Source: Acidobacteriota bacterium
GTDB lineage: Bacteria; Acidobacteriota; JAAYUB01
Direction: 5' to 3'
Length of the DNA: 64,000 nt
NCBI GenBank assembly: GCA_016935015.1
Contig: JAFGRT010000022.1
Span: 118 to 64,117, forward strand
Below the pieces are notes generated by a model. It did no database searches. It was not told where the DNA came from and saw only the letters and a list, made by a program, of their open reading frames with translations. Of the stretch, positions 26,397-37,643 are shown piece after piece (within the stretch, counting starts at the first letter, position 1; every line of letters starts with the position of its first letter). Position numbers and translations under genes: made by a program.

Positions 26397-26939
26397 CTAA
26401 GAACCGGGGGTGAACGGGTAGGTCTGGTTGTACAGCTTGATGATGGCGTCGGTAATATCGTTCTCCTCGGAATAGTAAGCGATCACCTGGGAAATGGACT
26501 GGGGACTGATGTACAGGATCATGGTGTAGTTGTTGTCCTTGGCATATTTGTTGAACAACGGCGACATTTTGCGATCCATTTTTCGGCCGAATTCCTGCAT
26601 CAGGCGCTCGTATTCCTTCTGGGCGTCTTCCTGCACCCGCTTCATGGTGGTTTCCAGCCGATCGATCTCTTCAATGAGCTCCGCCTTCTTCTCATCGGAC
26701 AGCATGTTCTGCTGGTTCCGCAGCTGCTGTTTTTTCTCATTGGCGTCGTTCTGCATGGCCGCGATCTTGTCCTGTTCGCCTTTGGCCCAATTCTCGATCT
26801 TCTGCACTTCGGCCTTACCTTCATCGGTTTCGGTGACCGCCCGAGTGGAATTCACGAAACCAATTTTGGCCTGGGCGCACAAAAATGACGACATGACGAT
26901 CATGGCAAAAATGCTGCATAACAGTGTGACTTGCTTCAT
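26397..26939 (-). CDS. skp: Periplasmic chaperone Skp/OmpH
   Basis: Signal peptide followed by a Lys/Glu/Gln-rich coiled-coil protein, in the conserved position after bamA. Start at ATG 26939 with AAGGAG 9 nt upstream. Confidence 0.8.
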   Translation of the reverse strand: MKQVTLLCSIFAMIVMSSFLCAQAKIGFVNSTRAVTETDEGKAEVQKIENWAKGEQDKIAAMQNDANEKKQQLRNQQNMLSDEKKAELIEEIDRLETTMKRVQEDAQKEYERLMQEFGRKMDRKMSPLFNKYAKDNNYTMILYISPQSISQVIAYYSEENDITDAIIKLYNQTYPFTPGS

Positions 26940-26964
26940 CCCGCAATTCTCCTTCAATATTGTT

Positions 26965-29571
26965 CTAAAAACTTTTCCCTATTGTAAACTGAACGTTTCG
27001 CTCGGGTTCCTCATAGAAGATAACCCGGTCCCGCAGACGGAACTCGCGCGTCATGCGCACGGGGTTGTACGCGAATATCAAGCGAAAGGGGGCGTTGATC
27101 ATGGGTAGCATGAACTGCAGTTCGACACCGGTGGATACCCGGTATTCCCGGTTGGTATCCGTCAGCAGGTAGACATTGCTGTCCGGGGAAAATCCCAACT
27201 TGTCGAACTGGGTGATGGTCGTCATCCCGATGTCACCGAAGACGGACATGGAAACCGGCCCCACCAGCGGAATCCGGTATTCCGCCTGGGCCAGTCCGTA
27301 GAGATCACCCCCCAGGGGCTGCACGATATCGGAACGGAGGGGCAATCCGGTCTCGGTATCCATGATGGGTATCCCCTGGTTATCCTTCTGGATGGTGGAG
27401 ACAATGCCGTAGGGACTGATACCGCGGATGTCGAAGCCGCGCATGTCCCAGTCGCCGCCCATGAAAAAACGCTCATAAAAAGGCACGGCCAGGGTGTCTC
27501 CGAAAGGCGACACGAACATGGAACGGACATGAAAGGCCCACACATGCCGGCCGCCGGAAAAAAGCTTGTCTTTCAGGAAAACCTTGTAATCGGCGGTGGG
27601 ACTGAGCAGATTAAAATCACCCTGCAGGATCCCACCGCTCACGGAGAAGCCGATGCTGATCTCCTGGCCCCGGGTGGGGAAGAAATAGTCGTCGGTGGAG
27701 TTGTAGGCCAGCCGGGCCGTCACCTGGGACCGATGAAGTCCGGACAGCGCGTCATCTAGCGGCAATCCGGGGTTCACGCCCCAAAGCTGATATTCCACCA
27801 GGTAGCGGTAATCCTCATCGATATCACCCAGCGGAAAAGAGATATTCTGAAATTCGTAGGTCAGGTAGTAGCGCCAGAACAGGCTGAGGGGTCGACCGAA
27901 GGTCAGACTGAATCCCAGGGTTTTTTGGACGTACAGGTCCCGGGCGTCATCGGTATAAAAGTAAGAGTAGTCGTTCACATCATAGGAATAGCGCCGGTTA
28001 TAGATGGAAAAACCGAAGAGCGTATTGGTGTCCAGGAAATACGGATCCTGGAAGCTGAACATAAAATTGACAAGGCGGGTGCCGAAGATGGCATCGAAGG
28101 ATAGCTTGTCGCCGTAGCCCAGAAAATTGTTGGTGCTGTAATTCAGACCGATGAAACTGCCTTGATAGCCGCTGATGCCACCGGTCAGGCCGATGGATTG
28201 TTGCCCCTTCTCCTGCACGGTCACGTTGATGTCCACCATCCCTTCCTCGGGATTGCGTTTGATTTCGTAGTCGTCCTCCTCGATCTTTTCGAAAAGGCCC
28301 AACTGGTTCAGGCGCTGAACACTGATGTCCAGCAATGCCTGGGAAAACACTTCCTGTTCGAAAAGGCGGAATTCCCGGCGCAAGACCTTGTCCCGGGTGC
28401 GGGTATTACCGAAAAACTCAATCTTGTCCACCCGGTACTGTCTTCCCTGGTCGATGGTAAATGTAATGGCGACCTGCAGATTCTTCTTGTCGTAATCGAC
28501 GATGGGGGCGATATCGAAATCGATATAGCCGAAGAGGCCATACATTTTTTTCAGGCTCTCCATGCCGTCCTTGATGGCTTTGAAATTGGCCACATCCCCG
28601 GGCTCGAGGTTGAAGTGGCCGCGCAGCTGCTCATCCTTGAACAGGGTGTTCCCGTCGAACTTGACTTCTTTGATTTTGTATTGGGCCCCTTCATCGATGG
28701 GTATGGTCAGATAGAACTGTTTCTTGGTTTTGCGGAACAAGGGAATAAAGCCGCGGGGGCCCTCCACGATCTCCATGCGGGGCTGGCCGTATTTCATGTC
28801 CAGATAGCCGTATTCCTGGTAAAGGGCCTTGACGTTCTCTTCCAGATCGTAGAGGAGCTTGTCATTGTGGTATTTATCCGTCCCCTTGAAAATACTCATG
28901 ATGCCGCGTTCTTTGTTCAGCTTCAGGGCATCCTTGAGTTTGCCGTCATCGAAGACCGTGTTTCCCTCGAACATGATCTTGCCGATACGCACTTTCTCCC
29001 CCTCATCGATCTGGAAGGTGATTTTCACCGAATTGGGAGGGATCTCCTCGACGGCGGACGTGACATTGCCGAGCGGTCGACCATTGGTGAGCAGCAGCCC
29101 CTTGATGAGTCGCTCCGCCTTCTTGATCTTGGTGGGCTCAAAGGGCGAGTCGACGGTCAGACCCAGTTTTTCCTCGTTGAACTTGTCGAGGATGTCTGAC
29201 GTTTTAAAGGATTTGTTCCCCACATAATCGATGCTGCGGATGATGGGTTTCTCTTCCACGATAAACGTGACGATCTTGCCGGTCTCACCATCGGCGACAT
29301 CTATTTTGATGTCCTTGAACAGATTGGTTTTAAACAGCGACTGAAAATCACTCAAGACCTTGCGTTCGTCATACACATCGCCCGGCCGTGACTGAATATA
29401 ATAGAAGATGGTATCCTGAGGAATGCGGTGATTCCCCCGGATTTCGATTTTTTCTATGGTCTGGCGGGATTGAGCCGGCATCCAGGCGGCAAGTGTTAGA
29501 AGAAGCGCGCTGGTGACAGCATGTACGACCATCTTTTTGCCAAGCATCCATCCTCCCGTTAGTATTCGCAT
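26965..29571 (-). CDS. bamA: Outer membrane protein assembly factor BamA
   Basis: Signal peptide, POTRA repeats (IEKIEIRGNHRI...), a C-terminal beta-barrel and a terminal Phe (FTIGKSF). An alternative start at ATG 29547 follows GGGAGGA. Confidence 0.93.
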   Translation of the reverse strand: MRILTGGWMLGKKMVVHAVTSALLLTLAAWMPAQSRQTIEKIEIRGNHRIPQDTIFYYIQSRPGDVYDERKVLSDFQSLFKTNLFKDIKIDVADGETGKIVTFIVEEKPIIRSIDYVGNKSFKTSDILDKFNEEKLGLTVDSPFEPTKIKKAERLIKGLLLTNGRPLGNVTSAVEEIPPNSVKITFQIDEGEKVRIGKIMFEGNTVFDDGKLKDALKLNKERGIMSIFKGTDKYHNDKLLYDLEENVKALYQEYGYLDMKYGQPRMEIVEGPRGFIPLFRKTKKQFYLTIPIDEGAQYKIKEVKFDGNTLFKDEQLRGHFNLEPGDVANFKAIKDGMESLKKMYGLFGYIDFDIAPIVDYDKKNLQVAITFTIDQGRQYRVDKIEFFGNTRTRDKVLRREFRLFEQEVFSQALLDISVQRLNQLGLFEKIEEDDYEIKRNPEEGMVDINVTVQEKGQQSIGLTGGISGYQGSFIGLNYSTNNFLGYGDKLSFDAIFGTRLVNFMFSFQDPYFLDTNTLFGFSIYNRRYSYDVNDYSYFYTDDARDLYVQKTLGFSLTFGRPLSLFWRYYLTYEFQNISFPLGDIDEDYRYLVEYQLWGVNPGLPLDDALSGLHRSQVTARLAYNSTDDYFFPTRGQEISIGFSVSGGILQGDFNLLSPTADYKVFLKDKLFSGGRHVWAFHVRSMFVSPFGDTLAVPFYERFFMGGDWDMRGFDIRGISPYGIVSTIQKDNQGIPIMDTETGLPLRSDIVQPLGGDLYGLAQAEYRIPLVGPVSMSVFGDIGMTTITQFDKLGFSPDSNVYLLTDTNREYRVSTGVELQFMLPMINAPFRLIFAYNPVRMTREFRLRDRVIFYEEPERNVQFTIGKSF

Positions 29572-29590
29572 GGTGCCTTAAAAGATCGAG

Positions 29591-29619
29591 ATTATATCAT
29601 CCCGAAGGCCTTTTTTACA
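29591..29619 (-). promoter_or_regulatory. Candidate promoter for bamA operon (extended -10 TGaTATAAT)
   Basis: Minus strand reads TGTAAA, a 17-nt spacer that ends in the TGn of the extended -10, then TATAAT. The -10 lies about 20 nt upstream of ATG 29571. Confidence 0.35.
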
Positions 29620-29712
29620 TCTTATTTTTAGAAAATTCAAGGTGGGGAAAAGTTCAAAAGAATCGATTTCTGGAACAGATAAGGGACCACCGGCTGGTAA
29701 CCCACGGGCAGG

Positions 29713-32181
29713 TTATTCGGTGGGAGCCGTGGTGCCGCTGACCACAAGCGGTTTACCCTCAGACTCATCTTCTCCGGAGATGCGGAAGGCGATTTCACCC
29801 AGATCCACATAAACTTCCACCGTGGATCCTTCCGGTATCTCGCCCCGGATCAGAATCTCGGAAATAGGATCTTCGATGAATTTCTGGATGGCCCGCCGGA
29901 GCGGCCGGGCCCCGTACGTCCGGTCGCGGCAGGTACGCTCTACGATGAGGTCCGTTACCTCGGGTGTGATCTCGATGCGAATGTCCCGACGGCTGAGATT
30001 CAAATTCAGCTCATCCACCAGCAATCGGACGATCTGACGCAAGTCATCTGTATGCAGGGCTTTGAAGATAATAATCTCGTCAATTCGGTTGAGGAATTCC
30101 GGCCGGAAAACTTTCTTGATTTCACTGCGGATCATTTCATCGCCGCGTTTTTCCACGATGGAATCGTCGGCGGCGAAACCCAAGCCGCCCTTTTTGTCCA
30201 GGTACTTGGCCCCGATGTTGGAGGTCATGATGATGATGACGTTCTTGAAATTCACCTTGTTGCCGAGGGAATCGGTGAGATGGCCTTCTTCGAACACCTG
30301 GAGCAGAATGTTGAACACTTCCGGATGTGCCTTCTCGATCTCGTCGAGCAGGACGACGGAATAGGGGTTTCGTTTGACCTTTTCGGTGATCTGGCCGCCT
30401 TCGTCGTGACCGATGTAGCCAGGTGGCGATCCGATCAGTTTGGCCACCGAGTGTTTCTCCATGAATTCCGACATGTCGAAACGGATTAGGGCCTGATCAC
30501 TGCCGAAGAGGAATTCCGTCAGTCGCTTGGCGACTTCCGTCTTGCCGACGCCGGTGGGCCCCAGAAACAGGAAGGAACCGACGGGGCGATGTGGGTTCTT
30601 GAGCCCGGCCCGGCTGCGCCGGATGGCCCGTGCCAGGGCGGATATGGCCTGATCCTGGCTGATAATCCGTCGGTGCAGCTCCTCTTCCATCCGGAGCAGC
30701 TTGTTCATTTCCTCTTCCTTGATTTCCGAGACGGGCACACCCGTCCAGCGGGCCACCACTTCCTCGATGTCCGCCCGGGCAACCACCGCCGGGTAATCCA
30801 CATTGATTTTCCACTTGGTCCGTTGCTCGTTCTGCTCTTTCTGAAGTGACAGCTGTTCTTCCTTCAGCTTGGCCGCCTCTTCAAAATTCCGTTTGGAGAT
30901 GGCCTCCTTGACCAGGTCGGTCAGTTCTTCGATCCGCTTCTGGCCGCGTAAAATGTCATCGGGGATTTCGGCAAAACGCAGCTTGACCCGGGCCCCGGCT
31001 TCATCCATGAGGTCGATGGCCTTGTCGGGCAGGAAACGGTCGGAAATGTACCTGGAGGAGAGATAAACCGCCGCCCCGATGGCTTCGGGGGAATATTTCA
31101 ATCCGTGAAATTTTTCATACCGTTCGCGCAATCCATTCAGGATATTGATGGATTGCTCCTCGGAAGGGGCATCCACCTTGATGGCCTGGAATCGCCGTTC
31201 CAGGGAACGGTCCTTTTCGATGGATTTCCGGAATTCGGCCGGGGTGGTGGAACCGATGCACTGGATCTCGCCCCGCGACAGGGACGGCTTGAGAATATTG
31301 GCGGCATCCAGTGAACCTTCGGCCGAACCGGCACCAACCAGCGTATGCAACTCGTCGATGAAAACGATAAAATCCTTGTTTTCAACCAGTTCCTTGAGAA
31401 TGGACTTGAGGCGTTCCTCGAACTGGCCCCGATACTTGGTGCCGGCGACGATGAGGGACAGATCGAGGGCGATAATCCGCTTGTTGGCCAGAAAAGAGGG
31501 AACTTCACCGTCGATGATCCGTTGGGCAAGCCCCTCAACGATAGCCGTCTTGCCGACGCCCGGCTCGCCGATGAGCACCGGGTTATTTTTGGTACGCCGG
31601 CAAAGGATCTGGATGACCCGGTCCAGCTCGTTCTCGCGGCCGATGAGAGGATCCAATTCCCCGCGATAGGCCGCTTCCGTGAGGTCGCGGGAGAACTCCT
31701 GGATGATGGAAGTGTCCTTCTTCTTGCGGGCACTCTTGGCCGGATCTTCTTCCCCGGCACTGGATTCCAAGCTCTCCCGCACCGACGGCAGGCGCAATCC
31801 CTGCTCGAAGAGAAGTTTGCCGGCCAAGGTGTGCTTTTCGCGCAAAAGACCCAGCAGGATATGCTCCGTACCCACAAACTTGTGCCCCAGAAGCTGGGAT
31901 TCCTCGGCGGCGTTGTTGAGCACCTTCTTCACATCATTGGACAAGGGGATCTCGATGGAGGTGGAAATTTTCTCTCGCATCTTCGTCCGCGACTCGATAT
32001 TCTTGCGAATCACGTCGAAGCTGGATTCCCCCTTCGGAAAGAAACGGCCCAGTTTTTTGTCTTCCCGCACCAGGCCCAGCAGGATGTGCTCGGTATCGAT
32101 GTACCGACTCCCCAGCTGGCTGGCTTCAAAACGGGCAAAAAATATAACCCGTCGGGCTTTTTCAGTATATTTTTCAAACAT
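29713..32181 (-). CDS. clpC: ATP-dependent Clp protease ATP-binding subunit ClpC-type (class I AAA+)
   Basis: [13 protein letters not shown] plus two Clp_N repeats. Walker A motifs GEPGVGKT and GPTGVGKT, with a middle-domain coiled coil. ATG 32181 preferred over TTG 32187. Confidence 0.92.
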   Translation of the reverse strand: MFEKYTEKARRVIFFARFEASQLGSRYIDTEHILLGLVREDKKLGRFFPKGESSFDVIRKNIESRTKMREKISTSIEIPLSNDVKKVLNNAAEESQLLGHKFVGTEHILLGLLREKHTLAGKLLFEQGLRLPSVRESLESSAGEEDPAKSARKKKDTSIIQEFSRDLTEAAYRGELDPLIGRENELDRVIQILCRRTKNNPVLIGEPGVGKTAIVEGLAQRIIDGEVPSFLANKRIIALDLSLIVAGTKYRGQFEERLKSILKELVENKDFIVFIDELHTLVGAGSAEGSLDAANILKPSLSRGEIQCIGSTTPAEFRKSIEKDRSLERRFQAIKVDAPSEEQSINILNGLRERYEKFHGLKYSPEAIGAAVYLSSRYISDRFLPDKAIDLMDEAGARVKLRFAEIPDDILRGQKRIEELTDLVKEAISKRNFEEAAKLKEEQLSLQKEQNEQRTKWKINVDYPAVVARADIEEVVARWTGVPVSEIKEEEMNKLLRMEEELHRRIISQDQAISALARAIRRSRAGLKNPHRPVGSFLFLGPTGVGKTEVAKRLTEFLFGSDQALIRFDMSEFMEKHSVAKLIGSPPGYIGHDEGGQITEKVKRNPYSVVLLDEIEKAHPEVFNILLQVFEEGHLTDSLGNKVNFKNVIIIMTSNIGAKYLDKKGGLGFAADDSIVEKRGDEMIRSEIKKVFRPEFLNRIDEIIIFKALHTDDLRQIVRLLVDELNLNLSRRDIRIEITPEVTDLIVERTCRDRTYGARPLRRAIQKFIEDPISEILIRGEIPEGSTVEVYVDLGEIAFRISGEDESEGKPLVVSGTTAPTE

Positions 32182-32425
32182 GATCAACTCATTTCGATCC
32201 AGGTTTCGTCACATAAACGTCTTGCACGGCGCGGCCCGGATTCCTGTACGGTACGCCCAGGCAACCTGCTCGCAGGGCGCGGAGCCCCGCCAGGGATCAC
32301 CGGCGCGCTGTCGTCGTCCACGCTCACTACCTATGATGCATCAAGGTTGCCGTTTGTATCAATGGGAAATCAGAAAAATCCGCGGAATCCGCCGCCGCCG
32401 GAACAGGCTGCCGGGCACGGCACCC

Positions 32426-33166
32426 TCAGGGGCTTTCCTGGTCCGCCCTTTTTTCGTGCACTGCCTGCGGCCGATCGTGGACGAGTGTGTCCAGACTCTC
32501 CAGCCGGCCATCGGTCATGCGGAATATCCGATGCCCGCGGGCCGCAATGTCCGGATTATGGGTCACAACCATGACAGTCACTCCGCGCGAAGCCACAATT
32601 TGTTCCACCAGGTTTACGATCTGGTCCCCGGTGCGATGATCCAGGTTGCCGGTGGGTTCATCCATCAAGATAAGTGACGGCTCACTGATCAGCGCCCGGG
32701 CGATGGCCAGTCGTTGCTGTTCGCCGCCGCTCAGTTCACCGGGCCGGTTGAGCAGGCGGTTCGCCAGACCGACCTCGGCCAGCAATTCCCGGGTACGGGG
32801 TTCGGCCTGCCGGCGTGTCTGGCCACGAATCAGTAGCGGCATCATGGCATTCTCCAGCGCATCGAATTCCGGCAACAGGTGATGGAACTGGAAGACGAAG
32901 CCGATCTTCCGGTTGCGGAACCGGGCCTGGTCGTCGTTTTTGAGAGCATAGAAATCGGTTCCCTGGATGCGGACGTCTCCCTTGTCGGGGCGTTCCATGC
33001 CGCCGATAACGTGCAGCAGCGTGCTCTTCCCCGAGCCCGAATCACCGACAATGGTGGCCAGCACACCCGCCTCCAGGTCCAGGGTGACATGACGCAACAC
33101 GTGGATGGAACCCGCGCCGTAGGGGAAGCTCTTGTTGACGTCACGCAACGAGAGAAACTCACTCAT
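32426..33166 (-). CDS. lolD: Lipoprotein-releasing ABC transporter ATP-binding protein
   Basis: [26 protein letters not shown] and [12 protein letters not shown] motifs. ATG 33166 overlaps the lolC/E stop by 8 nt. Confidence 0.85.
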   Translation of the reverse strand: MSEFLSLRDVNKSFPYGAGSIHVLRHVTLDLEAGVLATIVGDSGSGKSTLLHVIGGMERPDKGDVRIQGTDFYALKNDDQARFRNRKIGFVFQFHHLLPEFDALENAMMPLLIRGQTRRQAEPRTRELLAEVGLANRLLNRPGELSGGEQQRLAIARALISEPSLILMDEPTGNLDHRTGDQIVNLVEQIVASRGVTVMVVTHNPDIAARGHRIFRMTDGRLESLDTLVHDRPQAVHEKRADQESP

Positions 33167-34376
33167 AGCGAATGACCTCCACCGGATCGATCCCGGCGGC
33201 CTGGCGCGAAGGATACAGGGTAGCCGCAAAACTCACCACGACAGCGGCGGCGGCGACCAGGAAAACCTCCAGGCCGCCGATGCGAAATGGCAGATAGGAG
33301 ATGAGATAAACCTCGGCATCCATGCTGATCCAGCGAAAATGATCGGCCGCCCACGCCAGCGTAACCCCGAGGGCGCTGCCCAGCAACGCGCCGATCACCC
33401 CGATGATGACACCCTGGGCCATGAAGATATGCATGATCTGCCGCGACGTGGCCCCCATGGCGCGAAAAATGGCGATGTCCCGGTTTTTTTCCATGACCAT
33501 CATTACCAGAGTGGAAATGATGTTCAGGGCCGCCACAATGATGATGAGAGCGATGGCCAGAAACATGCTCCATTTTTCCATGGTCAAAGCCGCGAAAAAG
33601 GCCTTGTTCTTCTCAATCCAATGGCTGAGTTCGTACTCGTCCCCCAGCGCGCGGGAGATGCGCGCCTGTGCCCGTTCCACATCGTAGATATCCGTGGTGC
33701 GGACCTCCAGACACTGCACGTTGCCCTTGTCGAGCCGGGCCAGCGGCTGCGCGTTCTGCAGGCTGATGTAGGCCCAGGAATTGTCCAGATCGTACAGACC
33801 CGTTTCCACGATGCCCGTCACCCGAAACCGCTGAATCCGCGGCATCATCCCCAGGGGTGAGAGGGTGCCCTGGGGGATGATCAGGTTGACGAACGCACCT
33901 TCCCGTACCGCCAGCAGACGGGCCAGTCCCGTGCCCAGAATCACGTGGCGGCCGGTGGCCAGATCCGCCCATTGCCCCGCCTGCAGAACGGCATGACCAG
34001 CCATGTTGCGTGCGGCGGCAGCCGGATCCACCCCTTTGAGGACCACCCCGCTGGAGGCCGGACCCGCGTTAATCATCGCCTGAACGAAGATCGCCGGACT
34101 CACCTGCCGCACGCCTGGCAGGGCGCTGATCCGTTCCGCGGTCGCCTCATAGTCAACCAGACCACCGCTGCGCGCCAGCACGGTGACATGGGCCGTCGAC
34201 CCCAGGATCTTCTGCTGGATGTCATCGATCAGGCCGCTGTACAGGGACAACACGATGATGAGCGCCGCCACCCCCGTCATGATGCCCAACACCGAGATGA
34301 GGGTGATGAAGGAAAGGACCACATGCTTGCGCCGGGCCCGCAAGTAGCGCCAGGCGACGGATAATTCGAACTTCAT
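33159..34376 (-). CDS. lolC: Lipoprotein-releasing system permease LolC/E family
   Basis: 405 aa. [19 protein letters not shown]-terminus, a periplasmic domain, an FtsX-type C-terminal TM bundle ending DPVEVIRYE. Overlaps lysS by 4 nt. Confidence 0.85.
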   Translation of the reverse strand: MKFELSVAWRYLRARRKHVVLSFITLISVLGIMTGVAALIIVLSLYSGLIDDIQQKILGSTAHVTVLARSGGLVDYEATAERISALPGVRQVSPAIFVQAMINAGPASSGVVLKGVDPAAAARNMAGHAVLQAGQWADLATGRHVILGTGLARLLAVREGAFVNLIIPQGTLSPLGMMPRIQRFRVTGIVETGLYDLDNSWAYISLQNAQPLARLDKGNVQCLEVRTTDIYDVERAQARISRALGDEYELSHWIEKNKAFFAALTMEKWSMFLAIALIIIVAALNIISTLVMMVMEKNRDIAIFRAMGATSRQIMHIFMAQGVIIGVIGALLGSALGVTLAWAADHFRWISMDAEVYLISYLPFRIGGLEVFLVAAAAVVVSFAATLYPSRQAAGIDPVEVIRYE

Positions 34377-35875
34377 TCCTTTTCCGGTTTCAACAGCGGG
34401 AACAGAATGACATCCCGGATGGAAGGCGAATCGGTCAGCACCATGGTCAGCCGGTCGACACCGATCCCCTCGCCGGCCGTCGGCGGCATGCCATAGCGGA
34501 GGGCGCGGATATAGTCCTCGTCCATCATCTGCGCCTCGTCGTCCCCCTTCTCCCGCTTGCGCACCTGCTCCAGAAAGCGCTGTCGCTGTTCGTCCGGGTC
34601 ATTCAACTCGCTGTAGGCATTGGCGATTTCCATGCCGGCGATATACAGCTCGAAACGTTCCACAAAATCCGGTTCGTCATCCTTCTGCTTGGACAGGGGC
34701 GAGAGCTCCACGGGGTATTCGTAGATGAAGGTCGGCTGTACCAGCTGCTCCTCCACCACTTCCTCGAAGAGCTGCCCCAGCAGGGCGCCCCGGCTCTCAC
34801 CGGCGGCAGGCTCCGCTCCGGTGCGCCGCAGCAAGGCCGCCACACCTTCCCGATCGGCCAGGTCCGCCATGGCCGGCCGCGGCTCCCCCCGATTCCAGAA
34901 ATGCAGGATGGCCTCGCGCATGGTGAACCGGTGCCAGGTCCCGAAATCGATGGCCTGCCCCTTGAAAGTCACGACACGCTGGCCGACCACCTCGTCCACC
35001 ACCCAGGTGATCATGTCACGGGTCAGCTCCATCAGATCCCGGTAATCGCTGTAGGCCTGATAGAACTCGATCATGGTGAATTCCGGGTTGTGCTGGGTGG
35101 AAATTCCCTCGTTCCGGAAGTTCCGGTTGATCTCGAACACCCGCTCCATTCCGCCGACCGTCAGCCGCTTGAGATACAGCTCGGGAGCGATCCGCAGATA
35201 CAGGGGCATGTCCAGCTTGTTATGGTGGGTAATGAACGGCCGGGCCGAGGCGCCGCCCACCAGCGGATGCATCATGGGCGTTTCCACCTCCACGTAGCGG
35301 CGCGCTTCCAGGAACTCACGCATTTTCCGGATGATCAGTGAACGCTTTCGGAAGATGGCGTTCACCTCGGGATTGACGATGAGGTCCAGGTAGCGCTGGC
35401 GATAGCGGATTTCCACGTCCGTCAGGCCGTGCCACTTTTCGGGCATGGGCAGCAGGCATTTGGCCAGAAAAACCAGATCCCGCGCCAGGATCGTCAACTC
35501 GCCGGTCCGGGTCCGGAACAGTGCTCCGTCGACGCCGACGATATCCCCCACGTCCAGCAACTGGAAGAGCTGGAATATCTTCTCGTCCACTTCGTTCTTC
35601 TTGAGATAGAACTGTATCCGCTGCGTACCGTCGGAGATATGGGCAAACGCGGCCTTGCCGAACGTGCGGATGGCCATGATGCGGCCACAGGTCCGGACGG
35701 TTTGTGGCTCGGCCTCCAGGGCGGCGGCATCCCGGTCGGCGTATTCGGTCACGATCCGGCTCACCGTATGGGTATAATCGAATTTGTGCGGATAGGGATC
35801 AAAGCCCAGCTGCCGGATCTCCGCCAGCTTGTTTTCGCGATTCTGAACAAGAGTTTCTTGGGGTCCGCTACTCAT
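34373..35875 (-). CDS. lysS: Lysine--tRNA ligase (class II)
   Basis: 500 aa. [20 protein letters not shown] and [12 protein letters not shown] motifs. Confidence 0.95.
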   Translation of the reverse strand: MSSGPQETLVQNRENKLAEIRQLGFDPYPHKFDYTHTVSRIVTEYADRDAAALEAEPQTVRTCGRIMAIRTFGKAAFAHISDGTQRIQFYLKKNEVDEKIFQLFQLLDVGDIVGVDGALFRTRTGELTILARDLVFLAKCLLPMPEKWHGLTDVEIRYRQRYLDLIVNPEVNAIFRKRSLIIRKMREFLEARRYVEVETPMMHPLVGGASARPFITHHNKLDMPLYLRIAPELYLKRLTVGGMERVFEINRNFRNEGISTQHNPEFTMIEFYQAYSDYRDLMELTRDMITWVVDEVVGQRVVTFKGQAIDFGTWHRFTMREAILHFWNRGEPRPAMADLADREGVAALLRRTGAEPAAGESRGALLGQLFEEVVEEQLVQPTFIYEYPVELSPLSKQKDDEPDFVERFELYIAGMEIANAYSELNDPDEQRQRFLEQVRKREKGDDEAQMMDEDYIRALRYGMPPTAGEGIGVDRLTMVLTDSPSIRDVILFPLLKPEKE

Positions 35876-35979
35876 TCCATCCTTCCTTTGATTGTTGGAG
35901 TATGGGTGATGGTCGCCAGCAGGTTGCCCGTCGGGATGATTCCGTCCGGCTCTCCGACCCGGCGGCCGGCCGCCGGCAG

Positions 35980-36456
35980 CTACGGGGATCCGGGCTCCTC
36001 TGGTGCGGTTTCGCCGCCCGCGGGATCCGGCAGCGTTGGATCATCCTTGCCGGGGAGATAATGCTTGTTGATGGCATCCAGAATCCCGTTGATGAACTGG
36101 GTGGATTCCTCGGTGCTGAATTTGCGGGCGATCTCCAGGGCTTCGTTGATGACGACGGTGGTCGGCGTTTCCTGTTCATGCAGAAATTCGAAAACCGCCA
36201 TGCGGAGGATATTACGATCGACGGCGGCCATGCGTTCGATCCGCCAATGCTCGGAGTACTTCTGGACCAGGGCGTCGATATCGGTTCGATGTGCCAGCGT
36301 CCCCAAAAAAAGAAAATCGGCATATTTGCGGATCTCCGGCGACTTGGGGTGCAGACGCCAGTAAATATCATGGAATTCAGACACGGACATGGGCGAGAGA
36401 TCCGCCTGAAACAGCAGCTGCAATGCACATTCCCGTGCTTTTCTGCGGGCGCCCAT
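35980..36456 (-). CDS. nusB: Transcription antitermination factor NusB
   Basis: [15 protein letters not shown]-terminus. Conserved ribH-nusB order. Confidence 0.9.
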   Translation of the reverse strand: MGARRKARECALQLLFQADLSPMSVSEFHDIYWRLHPKSPEIRKYADFLFLGTLAHRTDIDALVQKYSEHWRIERMAAVDRNILRMAVFEFLHEQETPTTVVINEALEIARKFSTEESTQFINGILDAINKHYLPGKDDPTLPDPAGGETAPEEPGSP

Positions 36457-36481
36457 CCGGACCTCCGGTTGAAAGAACGAA

Positions 36482-36946
36482 CTACACGGATTTCAACAGA
36501 TTGACCATCTCCACGGCCGTCATAGCGGCCTCGAAGCCCTTGTTGCCGCTTTTCAGTCCGGCGCGATTGATTGCCTGTTCCACGGTATCGGCGGTAATGA
36601 TGCCGTACGTGATCGGCAATCCGGAATCCAGCGAGACCTGGGCAATGCCTTTGGTCACTTCGGCACTGATATATTCGAAGTGAGGGGTCTCACCCCGCAC
36701 CAACGCACCCAGGCAGATGACGGCGTCATATTTCTGCATTGTAGCCAGCCGCTTGGCCAGCAGCGGGATCTCAAACGAACCCGGCACCCGGAAAATATGA
36801 ACGTGCTCCTCGGCAGCACCGGTCCGCTTCAGGGCATCCAGGGCCCCGTCCAGCAAACGGCCCGTGATCATGCTGTTGTAACGGCTGACGATGATTCCAA
36901 AATAAAATTCCGCGGCCTGCAGCTGTCCTTCAAATACCTTCGACAC
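36482..36946 (-). CDS. ribH: 6,7-dimethyl-8-ribityllumazine synthase
   Basis: [34 protein letters not shown] and GVIRGxTxH-like [14 protein letters not shown] motifs. GTG 36946 lies 8 nt after AGGAG and is preferred over GTG 36955. Confidence 0.9.
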   Translation of the reverse strand: MSKVFEGQLQAAEFYFGIIVSRYNSMITGRLLDGALDALKRTGAAEEHVHIFRVPGSFEIPLLAKRLATMQKYDAVICLGALVRGETPHFEYISAEVTKGIAQVSLDSGLPITYGIITADTVEQAINRAGLKSGNKGFEAAMTAVEMVNLLKSV

Positions 36947-36976
36947 AGCACACACTCCTGCGCAAAGTTGGTACCC

Positions 36977-37004
36977 ATTATAAGTGTAAAATCACAAAAC
37001 ACAA
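36977..37004 (-). promoter_or_regulatory. Candidate sigma70 promoter for ribH-nusB
   Basis: Minus strand reads TTGTGT, 16 nt, TATAAT. It lies about 30 nt upstream of the ribH start. Confidence 0.4.
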
Positions 37005-37088
37005 CCTATTTAACAAACCGGGCGCCCCCGGAACCCATCGATGTCGGCGATCATGCCCGGTGCGACAATGCCCGGCCGGATGGCACAC

Positions 37089-37118
37089 TTGGCAACCATC
37101 GCTTCCGACTGCTACAAT
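37089..37118 (+). promoter_or_regulatory. Candidate sigma70 promoter placing the TSS at the Mut7-C gene start codon (leaderless)
   Basis: TTGGCA, 18 nt, TACAAT. The -10 ends 6 nt before ATG 37125. Confidence 0.35.
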
Positions 37119-37124
37119 AGGAGC

Positions 37125-37619
37125 ATGAATGGCCAACCGCCCGTGTTTATCGTGGATGTCATGCTGGGCAAATTGGCCCGCTGGTTGCGGTTGCTTGGCC
37201 TGGACGCCCTTTATGTGCGCCGCCGGAAACCGGAGGAGCTCCGGGCAGTGGCAACAAGCCCGGGCATCCTGGTCACCCGCGACCACCATCTGACCACCGG
37301 CCGTAAATACCCCGGGCCGGTCATCCTGATCGAATCCACAAACTGGCAGCAACAAATCCCGGAGTTTCTGGCCAAATCCGGCTGCCGGCCGTTCGTGCGA
37401 CCGTTCACCCGGTGCCCGACCTGCAACGGTCTCCTGGCGGAGCAACCGGCAACGGCGGTGGAGGGGAAAGTGCCCCGTTTCGTCGCCGCCCGGCATCGAA
37501 GGTTCTGCCGTTGCACCGTCTGCGGACAAATTTACTGGCCCGGCAGCCATCAGCGCCGCGTCCGGGAAATGCTCCGGCAATGGGGCCTGGCGGATACGCT
37601 TCCCCGCAACCGGACCTGA
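37125..37619 (+). CDS. Mut7-C/DUF82 PIN-like RNase domain protein with C-terminal zinc ribbon
   Basis: FIVDVMLGKLARWLRLLGLDALY N-terminus and CPTCNG...CTVCGQIYWPGSH ribbon. Start set at ATG 37125. Confidence 0.8.
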   Translation: MNGQPPVFIVDVMLGKLARWLRLLGLDALYVRRRKPEELRAVATSPGILVTRDHHLTTGRKYPGPVILIESTNWQQQIPEFLAKSGCRPFVRPFTRCPTCNGLLAEQPATAVEGKVPRFVAARHRRFCRCTVCGQIYWPGSHQRRVREMLRQWGLADTLPRNRT

Positions 37620-37643
37620 CGGCCGCTCCGGTCCACGGCCGGT

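Noticed and set aside
32188-32425. CtsR-type operator (GGTCAAA repeats) in the 238-nt clpC leader
   Set aside because: I found no such repeat on either strand. Only a weak sigma70-like TTGATA/CATCAT pair is present.
31345-32677. 409-aa and 332-aa plus-strand ORFs
   Set aside because: Both are antisense to clpC, with junk-like composition.
36947-37124. FMN riboswitch expected upstream of ribH
   Set aside because: The candidate promoter leaves a leader of only about 25 nt. No RFN-like conserved blocks were seen on the minus strand.
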